Made by a program: the position numbers and the translations under genes. The notes under the pieces are model-generated. The model searched no databases. It saw only the letters and a program-made list of their open reading frames with translations, and was not told where the DNA came from. A DNA stretch of 63,792 bases, the filler included, from Reticulomyxa filosa (taxonomy: Eukaryota > Protista > Foraminifera): assembly GCA_000512085.1 (NCBI GenBank). It is 18 parts of 18 records of this genome, joined end to end, with 100 filler letters (N's around TTAATTAATTAA, not from the genome) between each part and the next. Parts side by side here need not be neighbours in the genome. Positions count along the whole stretch, not along the records: positions 49,152 to 51,051 come from ASPP01042493.1; positions 51,152 to 54,916 come from ASPP01029212.1; positions 55,017 to 56,847 come from ASPP01022924.1; positions 56,948 to 58,621 come from ASPP01014257.1; positions 58,722 to 62,683 come from ASPP01019615.1; positions 62,784 to 63,792 come from ASPP01038378.1; 12 more parts are not named here. One strand, 5' to 3'. Each line of letters starts with the position of its first letter. Position 1 is the stretch's first letter. Shown here piece after piece: positions 50,576 through 63,471 of the stretch.

Positions 50576-51151
50576 TTATTATTTATAATATAAATTATTT
50601 ATTATTGTTATCATACATCTCGAAATAAATTAACAAAATCAATTGGGAAGAAAAACAAACTCTATATCTCTTGCTAGGCAGCAATGTATCATCATTGAAG
50701 AACGGTCTTCATCTTTACCACTCTACTTCTACGGCTTTCGTCTATTATTAAATTTATTTGGTATGTTTTTTTTTTATTTGTCTGTTTGAATCTAAAAACA
50801 TAGTCAATGCACACAAAATGAACCATAAAAAATTTTTGTATGAAAAAAAAAGCAGTGTGCCAGTGTGAACAAGAAGAAAGATTGATGTATGAGAAAGTCA
50901 AAATGGAGATTTACAGAAAGGATATTTGACATAGAGCAAATGGTGCAAATGGGTGTTATAACAATCAAGATCCATTTTTTTGTACTATTTTTTTTTTGTT
51001 TGTTGTATTGTGCAAGTGTGTTTTTTTTTTACAATTGAAAAGGCCTGACGCNNNNNNNNNNNNNNNNNNNNNNNNNNNNNNNNNNNNNNNNNNNNTTAAT
51101 TAATTAANNNNNNNNNNNNNNNNNNNNNNNNNNNNNNNNNNNNNNNNNNNN

Positions 51152-51860
51152 ATCGCCCCAATGCATTTTGAACTCGGCCAATGGCTTGGCATTGATGATG
51201 ACTTGTCCCTCTTTTGAGAAGCTATTGTTTATCAATGTCATCGCGTGGAGTAACTACCTCTTTTCGAGGGACTCCAGACCAATGGTGGGATTCCATGCCA
51301 ATGGACAGCTGTCGTGTCAACAGCACTTCCTCAAATGTCTGCTTGTGCAAGAGTAGCAAGACCAACAAGAAAAGGAGGTCCATGTGCAACAAAAAAGAGT
51401 AAAATCTCTCGAAAGGGACTCCAAATCGACTTTGACTTGCAAAGATACGAATCTGGCTGTCCTTATCGTTGCAACGACATTGAAAGAGTTGGACACAATC
51501 ACTTGTAATTTCAATGGATATGAGCAAAAGAATGAGGACGAAACGCAAGCACATGTATTGGTCTCTACACAAAGTGGATACCTCTTCTGTCTGTCCCTTT
51601 ACACTATCGACACTGCTGTCAACCTAAATAAAGAAACAGTTTTAATTCAATTATTTTCAATCAAAGTGACGTTTAAATGTTTACGATATATTCTTTTGCA
51701 ACTTCCACAATCAACATATATATTTTGGCCAAATCCAACTGTTTAGTTCAAAGACCACTGAAGTGTTCATTTTATTGCAGTAGTTTTTGTTGATCAGTCA
51801 ACAAACTTGATTCTACAAAATGATCACCTATTTCAAGGAATTGTATATTTAGAAACTTAG
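51152..51860 (+). pseudogene. Unidentified coding-like fragment with frameshifts
   Basis: GC-richer, codon-like region with overlapping short ORFs (e.g. 51384..51746); no family recognised. Confidence 0.35.
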
Positions 51861-52118
51861 CAAAACAAAAAACCAATTGCTCAAGCAGCTTCTTTCACAA
51901 AAATTAATAAGTGTAAACAATACAGTGTGAAAAATTGTTATATTAACGTCAAAGGATGCAAACTTACAAGAAGAATAAATGAGAAAAGACAAAGCTTATT
52001 CAAAGTACGTTCAGGTCATGATCCCTGGACTAAAAAAAACGTAATTGGCATTTGACATATTAGATCAGTGCTTTGATTTTTCAATAACTTGAATTTCAAT
52101 CAAAAGATAGAAGATGGC

Positions 52119-53300
52119 GATGCAAATGTATGTTTAATTTTTGTGATTTTATTAGCTGAACTTTGAATGTTTTGTTTGTTTTATTTAACTTAACTAACTT
52201 TGACCAGAAAAACCGTCACGTTGGATGTAGAGCACAACGACACAACCCAAACGTGAAAGCCAAAATTCTGATAAGGAAGGCATTCCTCCTGAGCAACGTC
52301 TAATTTTTGCCGGCAAAGGGCCGAACCTTGTGATTATAACATCCAAAAGGAAAGCACCTTGATTTGATGTTATGCTTACGCGGTGGTGCCATGCAAATGT
52401 AAGTAATTTTTCTTTACTTTTTTAAAATTATAGTTAGTTAAAAAAAAATATAAAAAAAACAGCTTGTGAAGACTTTAACCGGAAAAACAATTACGTTGGA
52501 TGTGGAACCAAACGACACAATCAAAAATCGTTGTCGACAAACAATTTGAGGATAGCCGTACTTGCGGTCATAACATCCAAAAAGAAAGCACATTGCATTT
52601 GGTGCTGCGTTTGCGAGGTGGTGCGACGCAAATGTTAAGTGTGTACAGAAAATTAAAATTTATTTGCATGGCTTGTTTTTTTTTTTAAGTCACTATTTTT
52701 TTTTTGCTAGCTTAACTTCTTTTTTTGCAAGTAGCACCTTTTTTTTACAAGTGGAATTTTTTTTTCTGAACGGTAAATTTTTTGTTATTGTGAACAAAAC
52801 AGTTTTGTGAAGACTTTGACGGGAAAAACAATTACTTTGTACGTGGAACCCAACACCATCCAAAACCCTTCAGAACAGCAAATTTAATCTTACAGGAAAG
52901 TAACTGGAAGACAGCCGCACTCGACAAAAGGAAAGAACGTTACATTTTGCATTGCTCCACTTCGTAAACGGAGAACCAAATTCAAGTAGTTGTTTTTATT
53001 TTTTATGCATGAGTTTTTTTTTATAAGTAATGCGTGTTTTTTCCGAGATGCGTTACGTATTAATTTGTTTTTTTTGTATTTTGAAAACAGTTTCGTGAAA
53101 ACTTGACCGGCAAGACAATCACGTTGGATGTGTAGAGCCCAATGATACAAGCCAAAACTTGAAAGCCAAAATCCAGGATAAAGAAAGCATTCATCCTGAA
53201 CAGCAACGATTGATCTTTGCAGAAAAGAATTAGAAGATGGCCGCTTAAGAATTACATGTCAAAAAGAAAGAACTTTAAATTTGATTTTGCTAAGTGTGGA
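52119..53300 (+). pseudogene. Polyubiquitin pseudogene, about 4 monomers, Rhizarian-type Ala junction insertion
   Basis: Repeated [39 protein letters not shown]-[M/T]Q, with an intron after ATGCAAAT at each monomer start. Many deletions. Confidence 0.93.
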
Positions 53301-56293
53301 TTTAATTGCTTTTTACCAAATTTTAATTTGGTCTTTTTGCATTTGAAATTAGCCCCAATTGAATACTTTCTTCATGACGAAAGCATGCACATTGATTTTT
53401 TTTCTTTCAGGATATTACATGTTTAAATGGAATATTTTATCAATTTTAAAAAACAAAGTTGACACCTAAAGCACATTATAGAGATGATTGATTGAAAAAA
53501 CAACATCAGACATAATTTTTAAAAAATCTACGCATTGAGCATTTTCTGAAAATGATTTTTAAAAGTTGGCAAATTTTATGATTACAATAAAGTCACAATG
53601 TCAACTTTTCTCGAAAATTTGCATTCTCCGTAAAAATAACACATTTTAATTTGTCAAAGCGCAAAATAAAAATAAAAAATTTAAAAAATGTAACATCAAA
53701 TAAAATTACAAAGCTAGAATTTAATTTCACAAAAAGAAAAAAAAATAGATTTTACTTCTCGAGTTTTTTTTAAAACTACAAAATATACAAGGCTAGTTCT
53801 TTTTTTAAAGATTATTTACGTGACTTGAAGATTCCTAAAAAAGAAACATATTTAAATCTTTTGTTTCTTTTTTAAAAAAAAAATTTGTTTTTGATAATAC
53901 AGTTTTGATTTATATGTATTATTGCGAAATTTTGAAATCATACTAAAAAAAATGTTTTTGATCAATCTAGGAAAAAGTTATTATAAAACCAATTTCATAT
54001 TAAAAGACTACAAGATTTGTCTATATATTTAGAAAAAATTAGTGCTAAATGTTTATTTTTCATGAAGGTTCATTTTTTTCCTCTTTTTCTTCTGTTGATC
54101 ACAATCACATGTATCATTTTTTCTTTTATCACTACTGTTAGTATATTTATAATTTTTTGTTGAATTTACAGTTATCATATAAATTTGATTAACTTTAATA
54201 AATATGCCTGCCCAAATTTACCTTTTTAATTGAATATTCTTAATATTCAAATTTCTGAAATGTTGTTCGTCATCATTTACAATCTTTTTGATTTCTTTTA
54301 AATCAGTCCATTCAAATTATATCTTTGATTATAGTCAATGTATAACCATTTATTCATTTTAATTTTTTTTTGATAAATTATTTAGTTTTTTAATCGGACA
54401 TATTTAATTTAGTTTTCCGTTACTATGTATTTTTCTAATGTTGTAAATGCTTTAATGTGGGCCGCATTTCTACATAACTCGTGTTCTGTAACATATAATT
54501 TAAAATTGTGAAATCGATTGTGTCTATAATTGCCTATTTAAATATCTTTATTCATTCTCATTATCTTTGGATCTCCAATGATAATGATTTAAGTTGTAAA
54601 GGTTATTACATCTTTCTATTTAAAAATTTGATATTTTTTGATTTTCTTTGAAAATTTTTGAGAAAATCGTGAATGTATCGTACCATGAAATTTGCCAATA
54701 TTTTTTAAGCATTTTCAAAAATGTTCCACCATAAATGTTTTGCATCAATATTTTTCAAAAAATAACAAGATTTTGCAATGGAAATGAATAACAAAGAACT
54801 TGTTGAAAAAATGGATTAAACAAATATCATCAATAGAGCTAAAAAAAACAAAAATAAATGACATGAAGTACATTTTATATTAAAAATGTTATAATTTAAA
54901 CGAATATTTTCAAATTNNNNNNNNNNNNNNNNNNNNNNNNNNNNNNNNNNNNNNNNNNNNTTAATTAATTAANNNNNNNNNNNNNNNNNNNNNNNNNNNN
55001 NNNNNNNNNNNNNNNNGAGTTGCCGAAGAGAAAACATTCCTCTCTATTTTTGTTTGAATGAATTTAATAAGTATCTTATTTGACAAGTATTAAATATCAA
55101 TCAAATATGAATGTAGTTATATAAATTATGAACTACGATACGAACCACATTTTAAAAAATACCTATTTTGTTAACACATAACGCTAAGTAAATGAACGAA
55201 AGTGAATTTATACTTAATTAAAAGAAAAAACGCTCGCAACCGCACAACGTTTTGAAAGTGATATTACTTACCTTTGGAAAAAAGAATACACTCTGGCGAT
55301 TGTAGTGGAAGATTAGCACTAATGTAAAAAAGCAGTTGTAATAAAATCTAAATAATATCAAGCATTTTTAGATTGATAATTTATAATCTATTTCTTTTCA
55401 AAATTATCAACTGCGTACATACACTTTTGAATGTTTTATTAACCTTTTAGTTAAATGTACTTTTTGATTATTTTCATATGGTAAAAATCAATTAAACTAA
55501 AATATTTATTTTAGTTTAGAATTGACTTAAAAATTAGCAAATTGATTTTTTTAAATGACACAATATAAGAAAAAATAAGCTTGTAGAAATTTTATTAAAA
55601 AAAGGATTTAGCATTGGGAAAATAATGTCAAAGTCCAGCCATCAAATTTTGAAAGATAGGAATAATAAAATATTGGTTTTGTTGTACATATAATATGCAA
55701 TTTTTCATATTTGGAAAAAGAATAACGTGATTTTTAATCCTAATAATCTCGTCATAGCTCAGTAATTTTCAAGATATTCTTAAAACAAGTTACTGTTTTC
55801 TTTTCATTGTCGGAAAGAAAATGAAAATACAAGTCAACTGATTTGTTCTTTATTTAGCACACCAAAGCTAAGCATAAAATATTTACGAAACGAAAAAAGT
55901 CTTGAGTCATTTACTTTTAGATTTTCTCTTTTGTTTATATGATAGATCTATTTTGTTCAATGACTGTCAGTCGATCTAAATAAAAACAAAAGAAGAAGTT
56001 TTTTGAATTACAAAAAAAATGGAAAGGAGGTTCAAGATAGCAAAAATATATTGTAACAAATAGTCAAATTTCAATATACCAAAGACTCCTTTATTATATT
56101 AAAAATATTCCACACTTTTCAAAATAGTCTTGTCGACTATAATCATTATGTGATCAGTCAATATTGCAATCTGATAAAAAAATTGTAATTTTTGTTTTCC
56201 TAGTCAAAGATATATATTTTTTAATTTTAAAGGGTGACCCTTTTCATGTACTTCCTCCTTTTAAAAAAATCTAAACTCATCAACATTAACAAC

Positions 56294-56847
56294 ATGAGCG
56301 ATCAAGCCTTTCAAACTTTAAAGGAGTTGCCCATTCCACTTGATGACTCTCAATGTGTGCTACATAAAAACGAACTCCTCATTTGTGGAGGCTATCAACA
56401 AAGAGCTTGTTATTCTTATCATACAATCAAAAACGAATACAAGTTTATCTGTGAGTACCCAAGTGATGTTATGTTATGGGGACACTGTGTAGTAAAACTG
56501 TTAGATAACAACAGCAAAGGTAGAAATCAAATCACTTTGTTGTCTTTTGGTGGATTATTTAAACATACATTGATGATGAAATACGTAAGCGTTTGGAGTA
56601 ATATATCAAATGAATTAAATACATGCAATGAATGGGCTCCTTTCACAGACAATCACAATCACCCAATTATCATTGGAAAAGACGATGATCACTATTATCA
56701 AGGAGTGCGTGCAATAATTGGTGGAAGCAAAAATAATCTGTTATTTATCACTTATTATCCAAATAATATTAGTGTGTTTGATTTAAATACATTTCAATTT
56801 GTTAAACATGATTCTTTACCAGCTTCGAGAAATATATTTTATCATTG
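56294..56847 (+). CDS. Kelch-like beta-propeller family member, 3' truncated
   Basis: MSDQAFQTLKELPIPL..SQCVLHKNELLICGG..ACYSY..YKFICEYP..GHCVV..LLSFGG..GVRAIIGG is clearly paralogous to the 45085 ORF. Confidence 0.88.
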
Positions 56848-56969
56848 NNNNNNNNNNNNNNNNNNNNNNNNNNNNNNNNNNNNNNNNNNNNTTAATTAAT
56901 TAANNNNNNNNNNNNNNNNNNNNNNNNNNNNNNNNNNNNNNNNNNNNATGTCTAAATGTGTATTTTTTT

Positions 56970-58621
56970 AGTTTTTCTCTGAACACAGCAATGTAACTCC
57001 AATTAATAAAGCAAGCAAGAATCGGGAGTATGCATCCAAAGGCGTGCGTATTTGGAAAAGGAGTTCGACGCCGTTGTTGGTTTCTTCGGGGTTGAAGGAG
57101 ATCATTTGATAGCGTAGGATGTGTTGATTGGAGAGTTGGACGCAGCGATGTTTGCAGAGCCAAAAGCCGGTCAAGGGAGTGCGCGGATTAACTTTGGAGG
57201 GAGACAAGCAACGATTGCGTGTGATAGCAGTAGATGTAGATTTGGAGTCGGGGAGAAGATAGTGCTTTTCCGTGGGCAAGACAAAAGAACGAGGGAATTG
57301 ATCGAGCAACTCTTTCCACGAGCGATTGTCGTTATTTTTGAACAGCACAGTGGTCGGCAGTGCAAAAAAGTGTTTCATCATCGACTCGCTCAAGTTTTCG
57401 ATTTCGGGTTTCGTTACGTTGCCCATGAACAAGCAGGCCATTCGAAAGTCGCAATGTTTGGAACAACGCAGCACGTTCAAGATGTGATCCCTCGCCGCAT
57501 TCACGTCGTGTATGGTCACTTGTTGGACGGTCTCCACGTATTCCTCTTTTGAATACGACACGTCGTTCAGCACGCATTCGCGCAAATACTCCAGGTGCGA
57601 CGATATGTCAAAGTACCAGTTCGTCGACTCGCGTTGCAACTCCATTTTAAGAATTTGCAGGCGCTCCGGCTTTATTTCGAATTGCACCAAACGCTGGATT
57701 ATCTGGGGATATATATATATATATATATTGTATTCAACAACAACAACAACAACATTACAATTTTTTTTTTTGAATGTCTTTGAACATTGTGTGTTGTGAC
57801 AATAAACAAACAAACAAACAAAAAAAACAAACTTGTGGCAACACTTTGACAAAATTGTCCGAATAACCAAAAATATCAATGGAAAGACCATTGTTGGAGT
57901 GCTCCAAACAATAGTTGATGTTGGCCAAATTCATCGGGTAATAGTCCTCGCTGAAGTCGTCGCGGAACAATGAACACAGCAAATTCACACTCAGAAAATG
58001 TGTGGGACACGCGTACGCCCATGGGCTTTCGATGTACATGCGACAGTAGATTTCCGGCTTCTCGAACGTGCGGTCCATCTTATAATACACTTGCATGTGC
58101 TCGTTGTACGACACCAATAAGGGTCCCGCGTGCTCGTCCTTTTCGTTTTCAATGAACCAGTCATGAGCACCACCCGTGGTCGTTGTTGCACTACCAATTG
58201 TATCTGTTGAAGAAGAAGAAGAAGAAGAAGGAGAAGAAGAAGAAGAAGAAGAAGAAGGAGATGATGATGAAGTAGCATTAATGCTAGTGGTTGTCACTGT
58301 CGTTGTTGTCGTTGCTGTTGTCGTTGCTGTTGTCGTTGTTGTTGCTGTCGTTGTTGTTGTCGTTGTTGTGGTGGTGGGGGTGGTGTCATTGGCTGAACGA
58401 AGCAGTTCCTCGTTTGTTAACAAACGCATCGATGTTGGGATATACGCATTGGCGGGAGGGACAAAAAACGTGGTCACACTGTCGTAAGGCAATCCGCAGT
58501 CCTTCAACGAACTCTTTCCGGACAGCAACTCGTTCCAAAAGCGCATATGCGGCGACCCGATTTTCTCAACGGCGTATTTCACACCAAAGTACTTTTCCGT
58601 GAAATGTTGTTTTTCGTCGCA
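56970..58621 (-). CDS. M16A metallopeptidase (insulysin/nardilysin-like), internal fragment
   Basis: TEKYFGVKY; VPPANAYIPT; VYYKMDRTFEKP; LSIDIFGYSD; LFMGNVTK; NPEETNNGVELLFQI. Intron at about 57705-57838; Thr/Ser microsatellite-encoded insert. Confidence 0.88.
58205..58385. repeat. (GAA)n and (GTT/GTC/GCT)n trinucleotide tracts encoding poly-Ser/poly-Thr
   Basis: Directly visible, and in frame within the M16A ORF on the minus strand. Confidence 0.9.
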
Positions 58622-60549
58622 NNNNNNNNNNNNNNNNNNNNNNNNNNNNNNNNNNNNNNNNNNNNTTAATTAATTAANNNNNNNNNNNNNNNNNNNNNNN
58701 NNNNNNNNNNNNNNNNNNNNNTTTTTCTCCATCTATATCTTTTATCAATGCTCATGTCGCCCGCATTACCACAATCGACAGATTCACAAACAAAGTTCAC
58801 AGCTGCGAATACGCGTACGAATACTGTCAGGTCGAAGGCGCAAAAAATCACTAAGAGGAGACCAATCGCTAAAAGTTTATAAATTGTACCATTCCACACG
58901 ATCGCCAGTGCACTCTTTACGACAACAGCTTCATACAGACTTGTTCGCCGTCAACGTTGGCACAAGTCTTTCCAATTCCATCTTTTTGTTGGCTTTTTTC
59001 TTTTTTTTTCTTTTTTTTTCTTTTCTCTTTTTTTCTTTTTTTTTCTATTATTTTTTTCTCTTTTTTTTACTTTTTTTCCTTTTTTTTTCTATTGCTTCCT
59101 TTTTTTTTCTTTTAAATTTGCCAACATTTTTTTTTTAAATATTTTTTCCATTTCTTTAATCATTTTTTTTTTTTTTCACTTTTCAAAAAAAATTTTCCCA
59201 TCTTCCCAACATTCATTTTTATATTTTTCAATTCATTTTTTTCCCCAATCCCTTTTATTCACTTAATTTCCCCCATTTTTCTTTTCACATTTTCCCTCAA
59301 AATTTCCCATATCCCTACAACGTCGACATAAAAAATAAAAAAAATAACTACAAATTGAAACATTTTTCATTAAAAAAAACAAAAAAAATATACATTTGCT
59401 TTGGAGCTGACATCTCCAATTTCAATCGAACAATCTTTTTTTTATTACGAGTGGAGTTACAAATAAAATTTTTTGGGTGTATGCCTATTTACAACACACA
59501 AACATTTGATAAAAATAAAAATTAAAAAAAATAAAAGATACAAACTCTTTTGTTTTTTTTGCGACACTGGTTGGCTTCACCCCGAAATTTTTCTTTATTG
59601 GGAGTTTGAGTGATACGTATACTTTTTTTTTAACAGACGGGTTTCGGCTGTTAACAAAAAAAACAACTCAATTATGTCAAAAAAAAAAAGCATAAATATA
59701 TAACAAACCATTTGTACTCCTTGTGGAGACGGGGGGCCTTACCCCATATTTGTTTATTTTTTTTTTCTTGATAAAAGATTAGCAGCAGCCACAAAAAAGA
59801 CATTTTTTGTTCAGAGTTTACGATCTGTTAAAAAAAGCAAACAAAATCACTTTATAAGTTGAAAAAGAATTTAAAAAAGAAAAAAGACGTACCAATGAGT
59901 TGCTAAGAGGGCGATTAGCACCCTAATTACGGATTTGTACTGGAGCGAAGAGACAACAAAAAAAAAAAGAGCTTTTTTTCTTAAGTAAGACATAAATGCA
60001 CAACTAATAAACGTTTATAAAAAAGATGTAAATTTGTAATTTTTTGTAATATTTTGTAATTATTTTGACATTTTTGACAAAACAATTTGAAAAAAAATAA
60101 TTGTTCAAATTTTTACATTATTTCATTTTTGATTTATAATTCCAAAACAGATAATTGAAAATTAAAATTTTTTTTTTGGAACAAGTCATTACTTTTTTCT
60201 TGAGTAATGACTTTTCTATGGAAGAAAAAGTTCCCTTTTTAAAAAAAGTTCTCTTATACATCATCAATGTGGCTTGACTCTTCTCTCTTCAAACAACCAA
60301 ACAAGCCAAAAGTATACAACATGGGTAGATGTACACAAAATCAATCGGATGATACACTATCAAAATATGTACATCTTCAATCATAATTTTTGAACATTCC
60401 AGGAGTGGAATCAGATTAATAAACATGATTTATTCTGTTTTTAAAGCTATGATCTCGTGTCAAAAAGTACAGTTTAAAAAGGTTTCTCCCATAGAATTCG
60501 TGATAGTGAAGAGAACTCAATTTGACGAAGTGGACAAAGTTGCAATTGG

Positions 60550-61780
60550 TCTGTAAAGTCAAGATCCTCCAAAGTAGATTTGGACAAAAAAAGAGATCCA
60601 CATGACACTACAATTTCGACAAGTGGTGGAAGCACTACAGCGATTGTTGAGTGTGTGCCAAGACCACAGTACTTCAGGCGAGAGGTACCTTGAAATTAAC
60701 AATGATAATAGATTCTGAAAATGTTGAGCAGCTGGACGAACAGAATGAAGACAATATTGTGACAAAGAAATGGCATGAACCAGTTTGATCGCATATCTTT
60801 TCAAGCAAATGGTATAAACAAGGCCACATTGAACCAGATCGCAAAAGGCTATTCCATCACTCACAGTCGCCAACTTGCTAAAAGTTGAAATCAAAACGAG
60901 TTGTTGATGTGGGGCAAGCATTATCGTGTTGAGATAGCTGTAGAACGAACAGGTTTATTTTAATACCCATTTATCATTTATAATTTTGTTTGTTTATTCA
61001 AATGAACAAATGACATACGAATAAAATATATGTATATATGAAAGGAATCAATAGAAATGAAAGTATTGGATAAAGCACTCGCCCAAGGCCATGATAGCAA
61101 AGGGAAACATCTGCGTTGTTAATGCGAAGACGGATTGGCAAGGTAAAGTACATTGACCCTTGTGAACGACGAATCCTGAAATTATTGGTATCGAAATGGA
61201 ACTCATACAATCCCAATTAACACAATTAACAAAAAGGTCTTTTTACTGGCTCGCATTTTACAAATACTCCGAAATTATTAATCATATCATAGTGCAGCTT
61301 ACTTGGGGCAATCACAAATCCAACTGCAATGACATAAGCAAATCCTCAGTCTGCGAAAAATGTCAATATCGAGTTGGATCAATTGCAAAATGTGACAAAA
61401 GCCTTTGAACTCAACTATCCACATCGTCAAAACATCGAAAATGGATGATGTGGCCAGATGTGTGAGTCGAGCACGGCGCTAGATACCCCATTCTTGAATG
61501 TGCCATCTGCGACGCAAAAAGCCTCGGCTGTGAGAGCCAGTGATAGAGTCATTCTTGACACAGACGACATTGGCAAGGTTGTGTTTGTGGAGCCAGTCAG
61601 TTTTGACGACCGAGAAATTTTTCGTATTTTGTTGAATAATTGGTTCGCCCAACTATCACAACGGAACTTGCTGATAACACGCAATGCTTTGCGGTGCTTG
61701 AGGAAAGAAGCTTGCTGGTCCCCCCCCCCTCTTTTGCCATCCAAGCACAGTCACATAAGAAACGCTATTTTTTCATGATG
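60550..61780 (+). pseudogene. Decayed multi-CAP-Gly-like gene
   Basis: RIGKVKYID..NPEIIGIEM and DRVILDTDDIGKVVFVEPVSFDDREIF resemble CAP-Gly (DRV....GxVxFVGxVxF..G.W.GIEL); multiple stops. Confidence 0.5.
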
Positions 61781-62800
61781 ACACAAGGCCAGTTATAACT
61801 GGCATTGCAAAATATTTGCAAGGTCTCTCACAACATACTAACGAAGAGATTTACAGCAACGAGTTACATACTTTCTCAAAAATATATCACTTTTTTTTTT
61901 TTTTGTCATCACAACGTATACATTTTTTGTTTTGCTTGTGAATGACTAAGATGTGAAAGAGTACAAAGACAAAGAATTTTCAGTATTATTTGCGTTGAAT
62001 GAGCGGATATTATTGCTATTTAAATACACACACATACATCGCATTTATGAGTTTCACTTCAAAACTCGAGTGCCAGACCACATTGAGCCACGTATACCGA
62101 TCCATGTGATACACACTATCATATGTTGCGTGGGCTATGGCCACTGTGTCATTCCAAATAAATTGAGTTTGAAAGTTTGGCGTCATGAATAGTAGTGGGG
62201 GGATGCAAGTGGGAATATGAATGGCAATAGCAATAATCATAATAATAGTTGTAGCAGTAACAGTGGCGACAGTGGTCACATATGTACGACGGCTCTCGCC
62301 CCAATCGATATGTCGATATGAAAAACATCACTTGCAACAATGACACAAATGACACAATGAAATGTAAATGCAACCACTGCCGCTACTGCAAATGCCAATG
62401 TATTGTTGGCAACCATGCCCATGCTTACGATACCCGCTAATGTAATGGGCATTGACTTTGACAAAACAGATCCAACACCTTTAAGTCCAATCTCAACCTT
62501 TCCTCATAGTCACATGGATTCGATCCATTCAACAAACAAGATCATTTTGTGTATTCCGTCTTCCCTATCCAAAATCAACTCAATACCATCAATTCTGTCG
62601 CTTCTATTCACAGTTTGTCCATTTGCTGCGTGGGTATATTGTATGTGCGTTTATGTTTTTGAATCGCACTCTGAGCAAAACTGNNNNNNNNNNNNNNNNN
62701 NNNNNNNNNNNNNNNNNNNNNNNNNNNTTAATTAATTAANNNNNNNNNNNNNNNNNNNNNNNNNNNNNNNNNNNNNNNNNNNNAAAAAAAAAAAAAATTC

Positions 62801-63471
62801 TTACCAACACCATTCTGAACCATCTAATCTCGGAATTCCGTATGCAATTCTTGTTCGGCGGGATGTTTTATCATAATCCGTAACTCTCCCGACATAATAT
62901 GTATCTGGATCACTGTCAAGACGGACTTGGACAAGTGCACCTATCTCTTTTCCCAAATCACACGGCTGCCACGACAACAACTGCTTTGTAATCATGGGGC
63001 TTTTGGTAGAGTTTTTTCGTCTTCCTAATTGTAATTCATCTACCAAGCTCCAGAAATGTTCATCATCGTCAAAATAACGCTCCCAACGGTCCTGTTTGAT
63101 ATTTATCATCTGCACATTTCCAGTATCAAACCATACATGTAATTCATTCGTATCAGGATAATAATCTTTGACTGTACAAATAGGGCTTTTACTTGGCCAC
63201 TCGTGTCGAAGTACTAATTTCTGCCCAATAAAAAACTGTTCACTACATTTTTGTTTCAACAATTCTATATTATCACGCGAGGTGTAAGGGGAACAGCGTA
63301 GAGCTGAACAATTGGAATCTGTTGCTTTTGACATTTTTTTAAAGAGCTGGGATCGTCACAATTAAAAATTTCTAACACCCCTCTTCTGTCCCCTTCTCCC
63401 CTTCTTTTAAGTGTTTGTAATAAGTGCTTCTTTGTGTTTTCACAAAATTTCTCTTCTTTGAAATTTGACAA
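62801..63471 (-). CDS. Protein with tandem Tudor/SH3-like barrels, 3' truncated, A-run frameshift near 63335
   Basis: IGQKLVL..W....CTVKDYYPDTNELHVWFDTGNVQMINIKQDRWE and IGALVQV....YYVGRVTDYDKTSRRTRIAY resemble PDS5/MSH6-type Tudor repeats. Confidence 0.65.

Noticed and set aside
53400-56200. Long ORF-free AT-rich stretches as ncRNA or regulatory elements
   Set aside because: No tRNA, rRNA or snRNA signature or clear repeat structure seen; consistent with intergenic or decayed DNA spanning a linker.
58722-59960. UTP4-like WD40 gene on the minus strand
   Set aside because: Only vague fragments (DCSIEIGDVSSK; ELERLVPTLTA) in low-quality T-rich sequence, with no consistent exon chain.
62403-62683. 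CorA-like Mg2+ transporter (MPMLTIPANVMGIDF resembling GMNF)
   Set aside because: No true GMN motif or second TM helix in the right spacing; the context is low-complexity with upstream stops.
5854-62783. Recurring TTAATTAATTAA palindrome as a biological repeat or CRISPR-like array
   Set aside because: It is always centred in a fixed 100-bp N block and stops all six frames, so it is an assembly concatenation linker.
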